Shown: positions 8,954 through 18,522, counted from the first letter of the stretch. The stretch is DNA of 64,000 bases from an uncultured bacterium (GCA_963804975.1 CAWDSG010000002.1:53554-117553); one strand, 5' to 3'. Made by a program: numbers and translations. The notes: generated from the sequence alone by a model not told the origin.

Positions 8954-10372
8954 ATGGAAAAAATTGGCGAAAAATGCGGGATTTTTGGGGTTTATGGAAA
9001 AGGATTGGATGCAAGCCGTCTGACATTTTTTGGCTTGTACGCGCTCCAGCACCGGGGACAGGAAAGTTCCGGAATAGCATCGTCCGATGGCAAAAAAATA
9101 TACTGCTATAAAAATACAGGACTTGTTTCCCAAGTATTTAATGAAAATAAAATAAAAAAATTGCCGGGATTCATAGCAATCGGACACAATCGATATTCCA
9201 CCTCATCCGGCACAGGCAGAAAACATGCTCAGCCGATTGAAGTTTCGGACAAAAGCATAGTTCTGGCTCATAATGGCAACCTTCCGTGTATTTCCAAATT
9301 GACGGATTTTTTAAAAAAGAAAAATATTGTATTGAAAAATGCTTCCGACTCCACAATCATAACCGAAGCGTTGCATTGTCTGGCAAAAGAAGGGATGAAG
9401 CTCGAAAAAGCCGTTGAAAAGATTTTTTCTCTTATCACCGGCTCGTTTTCCATTCTTATAATGAATAAAGAAAAAATAATCGCCATTCGCGATAGTTGTG
9501 GCATACGTCCTTTTTCCATAGCTAAATTGAACGGCGGATATGTTTTTTCTTCGGAAACTTGTGCGTTCCATCCGATTGGCGCGGCTTTCATAAGAGATGT
9601 AAGGCCTGGAGAAATGATCGTTGTTGATAAAAAAGGATTGCGAAGCAGGCAGATTATAAAAGGAAAGCAAAAACTTGATATTTTTGAATTTGTTTATTTT
9701 TCAAGGCCGGACAGTATTCTACTTGGCCAATCTGTTTACGAAGTGAGGAAAAGATTCGGCGAGCGGCTGGCTAAAGAGTACCCGATAAAAGCGGACATAG
9801 TCATTCCCGTGCCCGAAACAGCCATTCCTGTCGCAATCGGCTATTCAAACGCTTCGGGCATTCCGTATGAAGCTGGTCTCGTAAAAAATAGATATATTCA
9901 CAGGACATTTATCGAGCCAGAACAACATATAAGAGAGCAGGGAGTCAAATTGAAACTGGCGCCTCTCAAAGAAATGATTGCCGGCAAGAAAATCGTCATC
10001 GTAGACGATTCTATCGTAAGAGGAACGACTTCAAAACAGATAGTAAAAATGCTTTTTGATACAGGAGTGAAGGAAGTTCATTTTTTAGTCAGCTCTCCGC
10101 CGGTGAAATTTCCTGATTTTTATGGCATTGATATTCCTGATCCAAGAAAACTTCTCGCTTCCGCAAAATGCGTGGAAGAAATGAATAAATTTCTCGGCTC
10201 TACATCATTAAATTTTCTTTCGTATCAAGGAATGATAAAATCCACCCATATTCCGGAATCGTCTTTTTGCACATCCTGCTTTACCGGCATTTACCCGATA
10301 GATATCGGGGAGAGGAAGAAAGTAATATGCGAAAATTATACGAATGATACGAATGAACAACGAAAATTATAA
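8954..10372 (+). CDS. purF: Amidophosphoribosyltransferase
   Basis: Propeptide + CGIFG, LQHRGQES, GHNRYST, VDDSIVRGTT PRPP loop, CTSCFTG. Confidence 0.95.
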   Translation: MEKIGEKCGIFGVYGKGLDASRLTFFGLYALQHRGQESSGIASSDGKKIYCYKNTGLVSQVFNENKIKKLPGFIAIGHNRYSTSSGTGRKHAQPIEVSDKSIVLAHNGNLPCISKLTDFLKKKNIVLKNASDSTIITEALHCLAKEGMKLEKAVEKIFSLITGSFSILIMNKEKIIAIRDSCGIRPFSIAKLNGGYVFSSETCAFHPIGAAFIRDVRPGEMIVVDKKGLRSRQIIKGKQKLDIFEFVYFSRPDSILLGQSVYEVRKRFGERLAKEYPIKADIVIPVPETAIPVAIGYSNASGIPYEAGLVKNRYIHRTFIEPEQHIREQGVKLKLAPLKEMIAGKKIVIVDDSIVRGTTSKQIVKMLFDTGVKEVHFLVSSPPVKFPDFYGIDIPDPRKLLASAKCVEEMNKFLGSTSLNFLSYQGMIKSTHIPESSFCTSCFTGIYPIDIGERKKVICENYTNDTNEQRKL

Positions 10373-10802
10373 AAATAAATGGGAAAAGAACAAAAAGTAA
10401 GCAGTAAAGTATTATATCCGGAATTATCTTATAAAATAAACGGCATTTTATTCTCAATTCATAATGAAATGGGTATTTTTGCGAGAGAAAAACAATACGG
10501 AGATTTGCTTGAAGAAAAATTAAATGAAAACAATATAAAATATGAACGCGAAGTAAGAATATCAGACACCGGCGACATTGCTGATTTTATCGTTGAAGAT
10601 CAGATAGTCTTAGAATTAAAATCAGAAAGATTTATAACAAGAGATAATTACAGGCAGATTCAAAACTATCTGCAACAAACAAGATTAAAATTGGGGATTC
10701 TGGCAAATTTCAGAAGCAAGTTTTTAGTTCCAGTTCGTGTTATCCGCATAGATTAAGAATTAAAAGTTTTCGCAGACATTCGTAATATTCGCATAATTTT
10801 CG
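10330..10802. mobile_element. GxxExxY gene cassette bounded by imperfect inverted repeats
   Basis: 10330-10355 and reverse complement of 10777-10802 match at 23/26 nt. Confidence 0.55.
10379..10756 (+). CDS. GxxExxY protein (PD-(D/E)XK nuclease family)
   Basis: HNEMGIFAREKQY, ADFIVEDQIVLELKS, QIQNYL, GILANF. Confidence 0.85.
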   Translation: MGKEQKVSSKVLYPELSYKINGILFSIHNEMGIFAREKQYGDLLEEKLNENNIKYEREVRISDTGDIADFIVEDQIVLELKSERFITRDNYRQIQNYLQQTRLKLGILANFRSKFLVPVRVIRID

Positions 10803-10814
10803 TATAATATTAAT

Positions 10815-11069
10815 ATGTTTGATATAGGAAAATATCTGGAAAAATTCAAAAAATTCTCGCAGTCGCGGGATTTTTTGAGAAATTCCGTCGCCGAAGCGAT
10901 AAAAGAAATCTGCAATATTGAAATTGATCCGAAAAAAATTGAAGTGAAAAATGGAATTGTCAGAATCAGCGAAAAACCGGTGATAAAAACAGAAATTTTC
11001 CTGAAAAAATCAAAAATTCTGAATAATTTAAAAGAAAAGAAACACATTGACATTTTTGACATTATCTGA
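10815..11069 (+). CDS. Small hypothetical protein, possibly DciA/DUF721-like
   Basis: Size, origin-proximal position, VKNGIVRI...KTEIFLKKSKIL pattern. Confidence 0.45.
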   Translation: MFDIGKYLEKFKKFSQSRDFLRNSVAEAIKEICNIEIDPKKIEVKNGIVRISEKPVIKTEIFLKKSKILNNLKEKKHIDIFDII

Positions 11070-11150
11070 TATCATTTCAATTGGAGTAAACATTCGTGTT
11101 TATCGCTTGCTCTCTTTAAAATAAAATAAGAAAAAGAAAGGGGACTGGTT

Positions 11151-11942
11151 ATGAAAAATAACTCTGCCCAAAAGAAGGAAATCCGTCTGGCGACTGCCGG
11201 ACAGATAAAGGATCTCTGCGCTGTAGCGGTGCAAGGAATCCCGGCAAAAGTTGCTTTTGGAGATGCCGAAGCCGCACTTCTCAAAAAAGAGCGGTTGGTG
11301 AAGCATATTCAAAACTTTTTTCGCCAATTACCAACCGAATTACCTAGGAATCTCGCCGAAGCCCTTGCTGAATCCGAAGCGTTTACCAGGGAGTGTTTCG
11401 GTTTGAAAAACATTCCTTCGCTGTCCAAGCTTTTTGTTTTGCCGGAAAAACTGCCGTACGATGTTTTCGCGGCTTTTGTTCCCGCCGGCGCGGATTACCG
11501 CGATTGCGTAAATGCGATGAAAAAAGCCAGGAAGGGTCTCGCTGTTTACGAAGAGGAGGATGTGAACAAGTACTCCAATTCGCAAGCGGTGGACAAATCA
11601 CGTCTTTATCTCATTGAGCGTTCAGAACGCCCAAATAAAGACACGATGGGTTTGTCTCCGGATAAACTCATTGAAACGGGGAAAACTTTTCTCGGCCTCG
11701 GTCCGTACGCTGTTGTGATGGGACAATACCACATGGCAACGGGGAAATACTTGGATCTGGAAACATGGACTTGGTTTCCAAAAGATCGGCTTCTGGATAA
11801 GAATGGTTGCAAGACTGGCGAGGTCGCGAACGGCGACTGGCGCCCGGACGGCACGAGGGTCGGGTTCGGCTGGAGCATCGCGGCGGGCGAGTACGCCTGC
11901 GCCGGTGCTCGCTTGGCAACCGAGGTTCCCCTTAAATCTTAA
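11151..11942 (+). CDS. DGR target (variable) protein, probable C-type lectin fold C-terminus
   Basis: 3' end carries the VR; YLD..TWTW...GARL ending typical of CLec DGR targets; no signal peptide. Confidence 0.9.
   Translation: MKNNSAQKKEIRLATAGQIKDLCAVAVQGIPAKVAFGDAEAALLKKERLVKHIQNFFRQLPTELPRNLAEALAESEAFTRECFGLKNIPSLSKLFVLPEKLPYDVFAAFVPAGADYRDCVNAMKKARKGLAVYEEEDVNKYSNSQAVDKSRLYLIERSERPNKDTMGLSPDKLIETGKTFLGLGPYAVVMGQYHMATGKYLDLETWTWFPKDRLLDKNGCKTGEVANGDWRPDGTRVGFGWSIAAGEYACAGARLATEVPLKS
11816..11916 (+). repeat. DGR variable repeat (VR)
   Basis: 101-nt ungapped match to 12182-12282 with 16 mismatches, all opposite TR adenines. Confidence 0.97.
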
Positions 11943-11964
11943 AACTTTTTTTCTTAATCCTTAC

Positions 11965-12000
11965 ACTGCATTGAATGGCCCCCATAGCGTTCAATGCAGT
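11965..12000 (+). other. Hairpin downstream of VR (DGR target-recognition stem-loop and/or terminator)
   Basis: ACTGCATTGAA (11965-11975) / TTCAATGCAGT (11990-12000), followed by T run. Confidence 0.7.
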
Positions 12001-12181
12001 TTTTTTATATAATAAAAACGGCTGTTAAGCTGGTTTTGCAAAAACAAAACGACAGTTTGCCAAAATATAGAAATTGCTTGCTATTTTTTATACTAAGCTC
12101 GCAAAACCTCGGGAAAAACGCAGAAAATTTTGTAAAAGATTTTCGGTGATATGGACGAAAGATGGCAATAAAGCTTCCCAG

Positions 12182-12282
12182 TGGCAAGGTCGCGAACGGC
12201 AACTGGAACCCGGACAGCACGAAGGTCAGGTTCAACTGGAACAACGCGGCGAACGAGAACGACTACGCCGGTGCTCGCTTGG
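12182..12282 (+). ncRNA. DGR template repeat (TR)
   Basis: AAC-rich copy of VR (8 AAC codons in the VR frame, 27 adenines). Confidence 0.95.
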
Positions 12283-12294
12283 AAATTTCTCGCA

Positions 12295-12319
12295 AAAAGG
12301 AGCTTAACTGGCTCCTTTT
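12295..12319. terminator. Hairpin between TR and the convergent avd 3' end
   Basis: AAAAGGAGC-TTAACTG-GCTCCTTTT. Confidence 0.6.
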
Positions 12320-12673
12320 GTGTTGATATAATTGAGCCATCCATTAGCCATTTTTGAAATTTCTATAATCTGGTTTGAAAGATGAAGATAACAATTTTCC
12401 CCAATAATACAAAGCTCTTTTTCCGTTCTTATGAGATTTTGCAAAATATTGATTTTAATTCTCAATAATTCCAAGGATTCTTTCTTGGCAATTTTTGATT
12501 TTAAAGCTGATTCTATGGCAAGAGACAGTATTTCAATGCAAGTTTTTTCCACAAGAGCGTGTATTCCCAATTTATCTCTTTTGGAAAGTTTTTGGCTCAA
12601 GACATACAAATCTTTATATAGTATTCTTATTTTATGAATGATAGGAATATTGTCTGCGGGGGGGGGGCGTCAT
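12304..12673 (-). CDS. avd: DGR accessory variability determinant Avd (four-helix bundle); frameshifted at a C10 tract near its start
   Basis: IEISKMANGW C-terminus; Avd-like N-terminus NIPIIHKIRILYK in frame upstream of TTG 12609, but ATG 12673 joins this frame only with 9 or 12 C. Confidence 0.85.
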
Positions 12674-13684
12674 AGTTTGAATTTTTATGATGTAATATCT
12701 GTTAAAAATTTATTTGAAGCTTGGCAAAATTTTTCTAAAAACAAAAAATCAAAAACGGAAGTTGCCAAGTTTGAATTGAATCTTGAAGAAAATCTGTTTA
12801 ACTTACATCAAGAATTGATGGCCGAAATCTGGAATCCGAAACCATATATAAAATTTTCTGTTTGCGACCCGAAACTCCGCGAAATACACAAAGCCGATAT
12901 AAGAGATATGATTTTATATCAAGTTGTGTACCAATCATTATACCAGATTTTTGACCTGGTATTTATTTTTGATTCATATTCATCAAGAAAAACAAAAGGA
13001 ACTCATGCGGGAGTTGAAAGATTTGTGGAATTTGCGAGAAAAGTTTCAAAGAATTACAAAACCGGCGGATATGCTTTGAAATGCGACATTAGAAAATTTT
13101 TTGATTCAATAAACCATAAAATATTGATTGGTTTTATAAGAAAGAAAATTACTGACGAAAAACTTATGGCAATTATTGAGAAAATAATATATTCATTTGA
13201 AAAAAGTCCGGGCAATGGTTTGCCGCTCGGCAATGTCACAAGCCAGCTTTTTTCAAATATTTATCTCAATGAACTTGACCAATTTATCAAACACAAACTG
13301 AAAGCGAAATATTACATAAGATATTGCGATGATTTTGTGATTTTAAGCGACACTTTGGAGTTTTTAGATTTTTGCTTATTAAAAATTAAAGATTTTTGTT
13401 CAAAACACCTTTTAATAGAGCTTCATCCAAATAAAATCCATATACAAAAACTTAATTCGGGAACTGATTTTCTAGGATATGTTTGCTTGCCTCACAGAAA
13501 AGTTTTGAGAACAAAGACCAAAAACAGGATTTTGAAGAAAATAAACAAATTAAAAATAGATTTTAATGATAGAAAAATAGATCAAGAAAAATTGGAGCAA
13601 ACTATGCCATCTTATTTGGGAATGTTAAAACATTGCAATGGCGAGAAGATAAAGGAACAAATAGAAAGAATTTTTACTGATTAA
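12638..13684 (+). CDS. DGR reverse transcriptase
   Basis: KCDIRKFFDSI, GLPLGNVTSQLFSNIYL (GxxxSQ), YIRYCDDF, DFLGY; adjacent TR/VR/avd. Confidence 0.95.
   Translation: MIGILSAGGGRHSLNFYDVISVKNLFEAWQNFSKNKKSKTEVAKFELNLEENLFNLHQELMAEIWNPKPYIKFSVCDPKLREIHKADIRDMILYQVVYQSLYQIFDLVFIFDSYSSRKTKGTHAGVERFVEFARKVSKNYKTGGYALKCDIRKFFDSINHKILIGFIRKKITDEKLMAIIEKIIYSFEKSPGNGLPLGNVTSQLFSNIYLNELDQFIKHKLKAKYYIRYCDDFVILSDTLEFLDFCLLKIKDFCSKHLLIELHPNKIHIQKLNSGTDFLGYVCLPHRKVLRTKTKNRILKKINKLKIDFNDRKIDQEKLEQTMPSYLGMLKHCNGEKIKEQIERIFTD
12658..12667. repeat. G10 homopolymer shared by RT (+) and avd (-) 5' ends
   Basis: TGC-GGGGGGGGGG-CGTCAT in an AT-rich genome. Confidence 0.9.
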
Positions 13685-16259
13685 TCGTAATCGGTATCGT
13701 AATATCTCCCTCGTTGTACACACTGTCATACACCACAACTTTCAATTGGTTTGTTCCTATAATGAGCGAATTGACCGAAGATGGCACGAAATTAAGCACA
13801 AACGGCGAAGTATCAGAAGTGCCTATCAATTGGTCGTTTAAGTAGAAATTTGCCCGCGCCGCAGGGTAGTTTGAATTTATGGAGGGCGATACTGTAATCC
13901 TGCTGTTCTGGCTATACTGCGCAGTTGAATTCGGCGATAAAATATTTATTTTCGGTTTGTTTGCCGCGGTATGTACATCATCATAAGTGGTTGGTTTTTG
14001 AACAACGGGCTGTGGATGTGCCGAAATCCATTGTTGCACTCCATATTCCCAAGAATTAAATTGTGCGTCATCGCTCGGATTTGAAGGCGGAGGGCCGTTT
14101 GGATTTGATTTGTCCACCCAATACAAAACAGAATGGATATTCGGCACAGCCACTTCTTCTTTTGTTTCAGGCGGAGTCGTATCGGTCGCGAGCTTGCCTG
14201 AAATTTTGTCTATAAAATACGTATCATCGCCCTGCCAGATTCCGCGGAGCACCGGTTTGAGTGTCTGATCAACCGGCTCTGGTTTTATAAAATCATCCAC
14301 AGATGTGCTTGCAAGCGCGGCGGCCATCAACTGTTGCCAAAGCGGCGCGATAATCAGCCCCGCGACATTTTTTACCATCGGCGTGTTATCATTATTTCCC
14401 GCCCATGCTCCCACAGCGATATCGGGCGTGTAGCCGAATGTCCATACGTCTTTATAATCGTTCGTAGTCCCCGTCTTTGCGGCAACTTGCCTTCCAGAAA
14501 ACATGAAAACGGAGTTTGTCCCGTATTCCGGCGCCTTGGCCGCATTGTCCGACAGAACATCATTCATAATATCCGCAATATTCTGTTGTAAAACTTGCTG
14601 GCTGTTCGATGTGTACTGCTCGACAATATTCCCGTTTGCGCCTTCAACTGAAAGAATGCCCGTGTAAGGATTTCTTACGCCTTCATTTGCAAAAACTCCA
14701 TAAGCGCTTGTCATATCAAGAAGCGAAACCTCTCCTCCGCCGAGAACAAGCGTAAGGCCGTATTGATTCGGATCGTCCGAAAGAGTCGTGATTCCCATTA
14801 CCTTTGCCGTATTGAGCGAATCTTGCTGTCCCGCGAGATAAAAAAGCTTGATGGAGGGAATATTTAAAGACAAATCAATCGCGGTTCGGAGCGTTACAGG
14901 GCCGCGATACAATCCGTCAAAATCCTGAGGCATATAGCATGCCGTGGACGATGATATTACCGTATCGGGATTGATCTGCTGGCCTTCCGGTGTGCATGTG
15001 CTTTGAAATTCCGTCGGGACATCAAAAAGAACGGTGTCCGGAGTATATCCTTTTTCAAAAGCGGTCGCATAGATGAAAGGTTTGAATGTCGAGCCCGGCT
15101 GTCTGTGGGCCAAAGCCACATTAAACTGTCCGTCAGTCGTTGTGGAAAAATAATCGCTTGAACCTATCATGGCGAGAATTTGCCCGGTTTTCGGATCAAT
15201 GGCGACGGCGGCCGTGTTTGACGCGTTGAAATTCTTTTCAAGCGTAGGCATATAATTTTTTATTATCTCTTCCATTTTTGCCTGCAGATTATAATCAAGC
15301 GTTGTGACGACTTTGTACCCGTTTTGCATAACGGCATCTTCGCCATATTTACCCACAAGATATTGTTTGATGAATTGCACGAAATGCGGAGCGAGGATAC
15401 CGGTCGGAGACGGGGGCAGAAACTGCACATTTTCTTTTATCGCTCCATCGTACTCTTCCTGCGTGATAAATTTATTGTCAAGCATTTTTTGCAGGACCAG
15501 ATTTTTTCGCGCATCAAGCTCGTTTTTATTTTGCCCGTATGGAGAATAATATGTCGGAGCGTTTGCTATGGCGGCGATGTACGCGGCCTGCGCAAGCGTG
15601 ACGGATGCCGAACTTGTGCCGAAAAACATCTGGCTTGCTTCCTCAACGCCGTAAATATTTCCGCCGTAAGGATTTTCGTTGAGATAAATCGAAAGTATAT
15701 CGTTCTTACTCATTGTTTTTTCAAGCTCAATCGAAAGCACCCATTCTTTCAATTTTCTTGAAATCGTTTTCTCGTTTGTCAGAAGAGAATTTTTGATGAC
15801 CTGCTGGGTTATTGTCGAGCCACCCTGGCTGAAACTGCCGGAAAGGATATCGGCGAATATTGAGCGTATGATGGAAGTTACTTTTATTCCGCCATGCTGG
15901 TAAAAACCGGGATCTTCTATCGCAATCGTCGCATTTTTCAGGTTCTGGCCGATTTCATCAAAAGGCATTACAGTCCTTTTTTCGCCTTGATGGATATCAT
16001 AAAGCAACACGGTGCCTGTCCTGTCATATATTTTTGTGGACTGGGTTACTTTTATGGCGCTAAATGAAGAAAGGTCCGGCAGTTTGAAAGTGGAGACCCA
16101 AAGGGCAAGCAAACCTGACCCGACCAAAAACAAAAAAATCAAACCCCAGAAAATTTTTTTCCTCGTGCTGATTTTTGTCGAAAGGGCGTCTTTGCGCAAA
16201 GAATGGACGACTCTTTTTGTTTTTGCCTTTATATCCGATATTTCCAACATAGTAGGCAA
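13674..16259 (-). CDS. Class A penicillin-binding protein (PBP1A family) with C-terminal Ig-like domain
   Basis: AIED, QGGSTITQQ, RKLKE; SxxK (GSTFK), SLN, KTGT. Confidence 0.95.
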   Translation of the reverse strand: MPTMLEISDIKAKTKRVVHSLRKDALSTKISTRKKIFWGLIFLFLVGSGLLALWVSTFKLPDLSSFSAIKVTQSTKIYDRTGTVLLYDIHQGEKRTVMPFDEIGQNLKNATIAIEDPGFYQHGGIKVTSIIRSIFADILSGSFSQGGSTITQQVIKNSLLTNEKTISRKLKEWVLSIELEKTMSKNDILSIYLNENPYGGNIYGVEEASQMFFGTSSASVTLAQAAYIAAIANAPTYYSPYGQNKNELDARKNLVLQKMLDNKFITQEEYDGAIKENVQFLPPSPTGILAPHFVQFIKQYLVGKYGEDAVMQNGYKVVTTLDYNLQAKMEEIIKNYMPTLEKNFNASNTAAVAIDPKTGQILAMIGSSDYFSTTTDGQFNVALAHRQPGSTFKPFIYATAFEKGYTPDTVLFDVPTEFQSTCTPEGQQINPDTVISSSTACYMPQDFDGLYRGPVTLRTAIDLSLNIPSIKLFYLAGQQDSLNTAKVMGITTLSDDPNQYGLTLVLGGGEVSLLDMTSAYGVFANEGVRNPYTGILSVEGANGNIVEQYTSNSQQVLQQNIADIMNDVLSDNAAKAPEYGTNSVFMFSGRQVAAKTGTTNDYKDVWTFGYTPDIAVGAWAGNNDNTPMVKNVAGLIIAPLWQQLMAAALASTSVDDFIKPEPVDQTLKPVLRGIWQGDDTYFIDKISGKLATDTTPPETKEEVAVPNIHSVLYWVDKSNPNGPPPSNPSDDAQFNSWEYGVQQWISAHPQPVVQKPTTYDDVHTAANKPKINILSPNSTAQYSQNSRITVSPSINSNYPAARANFYLNDQLIGTSDTSPFVLNFVPSSVNSLIIGTNQLKVVVYDSVYNEGDITIPITINQ

Positions 16260-16316
16260 ATTATAGCATTTATCGCAAAAGATGAAAAAAATGCCATTTT
16301 ATGGTAGATTTTATGT

Positions 16317-17516
16317 ATGATAAGCACCGATCCAGAAAAAATAGAAGAGTTTTTAACGCGCGGAATTGAAAATATATTTCCCAGTAAAGAATTTGTAAAA
16401 AAACAGCTTCAAAGCGGAAAAAAGCTGAAAATGTATCTTGGAATTGATCCGACCTCTCCAACGCTTCATATAGGCAATGCTGTTCCGCTCAAAAAACTTG
16501 CTGAATTTCAAGCTCTTGGGCATGAAGCGATTTTGCTTATCGGTGATTTTACCGCGACAATAGGCGACCCGACGGATAAAATGGCAGCAAGAAAACAATT
16601 GACAAGGAAACAAGTGCTTAAAAACTGCAGACAATATAAAAAACAGGCGTCGGTGTTTTTAAAATTTGGATTTGGCGGCGCAAAATTGAAATATAATTCC
16701 AAATGGCTTGCAAAACTTTCATTTAAAGAACTGGTTGATCTTGCTTCTAATATGACATACGCCCAGACCATAAAACGCTCAATGTTTCAAGAGCGAATGA
16801 AAGAAGGAAAAGATGTTTATATAAATGAATTTTTGTATCCTCTGATGCAGGGATATGACAGCGTTGTTATGGACGTTGACGGAGAAATCGGCGGAAATGA
16901 CCAGATGTTCAATATGCTTGTTGGGCGCGATCTTTTGAAAAAGATAAAGAATAAGGAAAAATTTGTCATTACCACCAAGCTTTTGACTGATAATTCAGGA
17001 GTTAAAATGGGGAAAACCGAAGGAAATATGATTAATTTGAACGATATTCCGGAAGAAATGTTCGGCAAAGTAATGAGCTGGACTGATGGAATGATTTTGC
17101 CGGCATTCGAGCTTTGCACAGATGTTTCAATGGAAGAAATAGGAAAAATCAAGAAAGATCTTGAAAGCGGAGCAAATCCACGCGACGCAAAGATGCGACT
17201 GGCGAAAGAAATCGTCAAAATTTATCACGGAGCCGAAAAAGCGGATAAAGCCGAGAAGAATTTCATTGAGACCTTTAAAAAAGGCGGATTGCCGGAAAAT
17301 CTTGAGGAAATAAAAGCAGAAAATGTAAAATTACTCTCGGAAGTTCTGGTCGGTGCAAAAATTGTTGATTCAAAAAGCGATTTCAGGCGCCTTGCGGAAG
17401 AAGGAGCAGTTTCCGATGCCGTTTCTGGCGAAAAAATAACCGATCCAAATTATAAAATTGAAAAAAATATTACACTTAAGGTAGGTAAGAAAAGATTTGT
17501 GAAGATAAGTTTATAA
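16317..17516 (+). CDS. tyrS: Tyrosyl-tRNA synthetase
   Basis: GIDPT..LHIGN, YPLMQGYD, GGNDQ, KMGKT, C-terminal S4 domain. Confidence 0.96.
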   Translation: MISTDPEKIEEFLTRGIENIFPSKEFVKKQLQSGKKLKMYLGIDPTSPTLHIGNAVPLKKLAEFQALGHEAILLIGDFTATIGDPTDKMAARKQLTRKQVLKNCRQYKKQASVFLKFGFGGAKLKYNSKWLAKLSFKELVDLASNMTYAQTIKRSMFQERMKEGKDVYINEFLYPLMQGYDSVVMDVDGEIGGNDQMFNMLVGRDLLKKIKNKEKFVITTKLLTDNSGVKMGKTEGNMINLNDIPEEMFGKVMSWTDGMILPAFELCTDVSMEEIGKIKKDLESGANPRDAKMRLAKEIVKIYHGAEKADKAEKNFIETFKKGGLPENLEEIKAENVKLLSEVLVGAKIVDSKSDFRRLAEEGAVSDAVSGEKITDPNYKIEKNITLKVGKKRFVKISL

Positions 17517-17526
17517 ATTTTATTTT

Positions 17527-17973
17527 TTAATGAGGTTTACGTAATTCACTATTTATTTCTTTATTCCAGTTGGTTAATTCATAAAAATCCATTACTTCCC
17601 GCGCTTTTATTTTTTTAATTCGTTCTTCTGGCATTGGTATTTCCAGATCAGTGATTTTATACTGCAGCTTATCTCCCTCAAGCTGCTTTAAATTTTTTCT
17701 AGGTATTGTGTCAGTGTTAATTTCATAAACATAAATATCTTCATCAGGAGAAAAAAGTTCTGGATTTTCAAATTCTATTTTCTTTTTATCCTGATTAATC
17801 TTTGTGATCCCTTCCGGGCTTATTCCCATAGCTATGGCATAGCCATAATCAGAAGAAAAATAAATAGCATTATCCAATTCCTCAGATGGAACACCAGAAA
17901 GGGATTCGCTTTTTTGCGCCTGTTGCGGTTCCAAAGCATCAAGTAATTTTTTTGAAGCATGATAAAGTTTCAT
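17527..17973 (-). CDS. Hypothetical protein, possible ADP-ribosyltransferase fold
   Basis: LYHAS...AIYFSSDYGYA...YVYEI pattern. Confidence 0.4.
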   Translation of the reverse strand: MKLYHASKKLLDALEPQQAQKSESLSGVPSEELDNAIYFSSDYGYAIAMGISPEGITKINQDKKKIEFENPELFSPDEDIYVYEINTDTIPRKNLKQLEGDKLQYKITDLEIPMPEERIKKIKAREVMDFYELTNWNKEINSELRKPH

Positions 17974-18018
17974 AAGAGTATTATATCAAATAATATTAAA
18001 TTTGGTTATAATTGTCCT

Positions 18019-18522
18019 ATGAAAATAATTTCAATTGATCCGGGATACGAAAGAATGGGCGTGGCAATAATAGAAAAAACTACCCTGGCCGGGCAGGCAG
18101 GAAAAGAAACTTTGGTTTTTTCTGAGTGTTTCAAGACATCGGCAAAAATTCTGCATGAAGAAAGATTAAAACTTATCGGGCAGGAAATAGAAATCCTAAT
18201 AAAAAAATACAAGCCGGAGGCAATGGCGATAGAAACATTATTTTTTACAAACAACCAAAAAACAGTGATGCAGGTTTCAGAAGCAAGGGGAGTGATGCTT
18301 TATGTTGCGGCAATTGCGAAACTGAAAGTTTTTGAATTCTCGCCGATGGCCATAAAAGTCGCAGTGACTGGTTATGGCAAAAGCGAAAAAAACCAAGTGA
18401 CAGAAATGGTGAAAAAACTTATAAAAATAGGCAGAAATATCAAGTATGACGATGAGTACGATGCAATAGCCGTTGGGCTTACTTATTTTGCTTCCCATCC
18501 TTACCATTCAGCCGGATTATAA
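18019..18522 (+). CDS. ruvC: Holliday junction resolvase RuvC
   Basis: ISIDPG, AIETLFF, EARGV, VTGYGKSEK, DDEYDAIA. Confidence 0.95.
   Translation: MKIISIDPGYERMGVAIIEKTTLAGQAGKETLVFSECFKTSAKILHEERLKLIGQEIEILIKKYKPEAMAIETLFFTNNQKTVMQVSEARGVMLYVAAIAKLKVFEFSPMAIKVAVTGYGKSEKNQVTEMVKKLIKIGRNIKYDDEYDAIAVGLTYFASHPYHSAGL

Noticed and set aside
12005-12344. Short ORFs overlapping TR (12074-12307, 12005-12244, 12093-12344)
   Set aside because: By-products of the GC-rich template repeat; no start signals or recognisable protein features
12638-13684. RT as group II intron, retron or CRISPR-associated RT
   Set aside because: No maturase or endonuclease extension, no cas genes; TR/VR/avd context identifies a DGR
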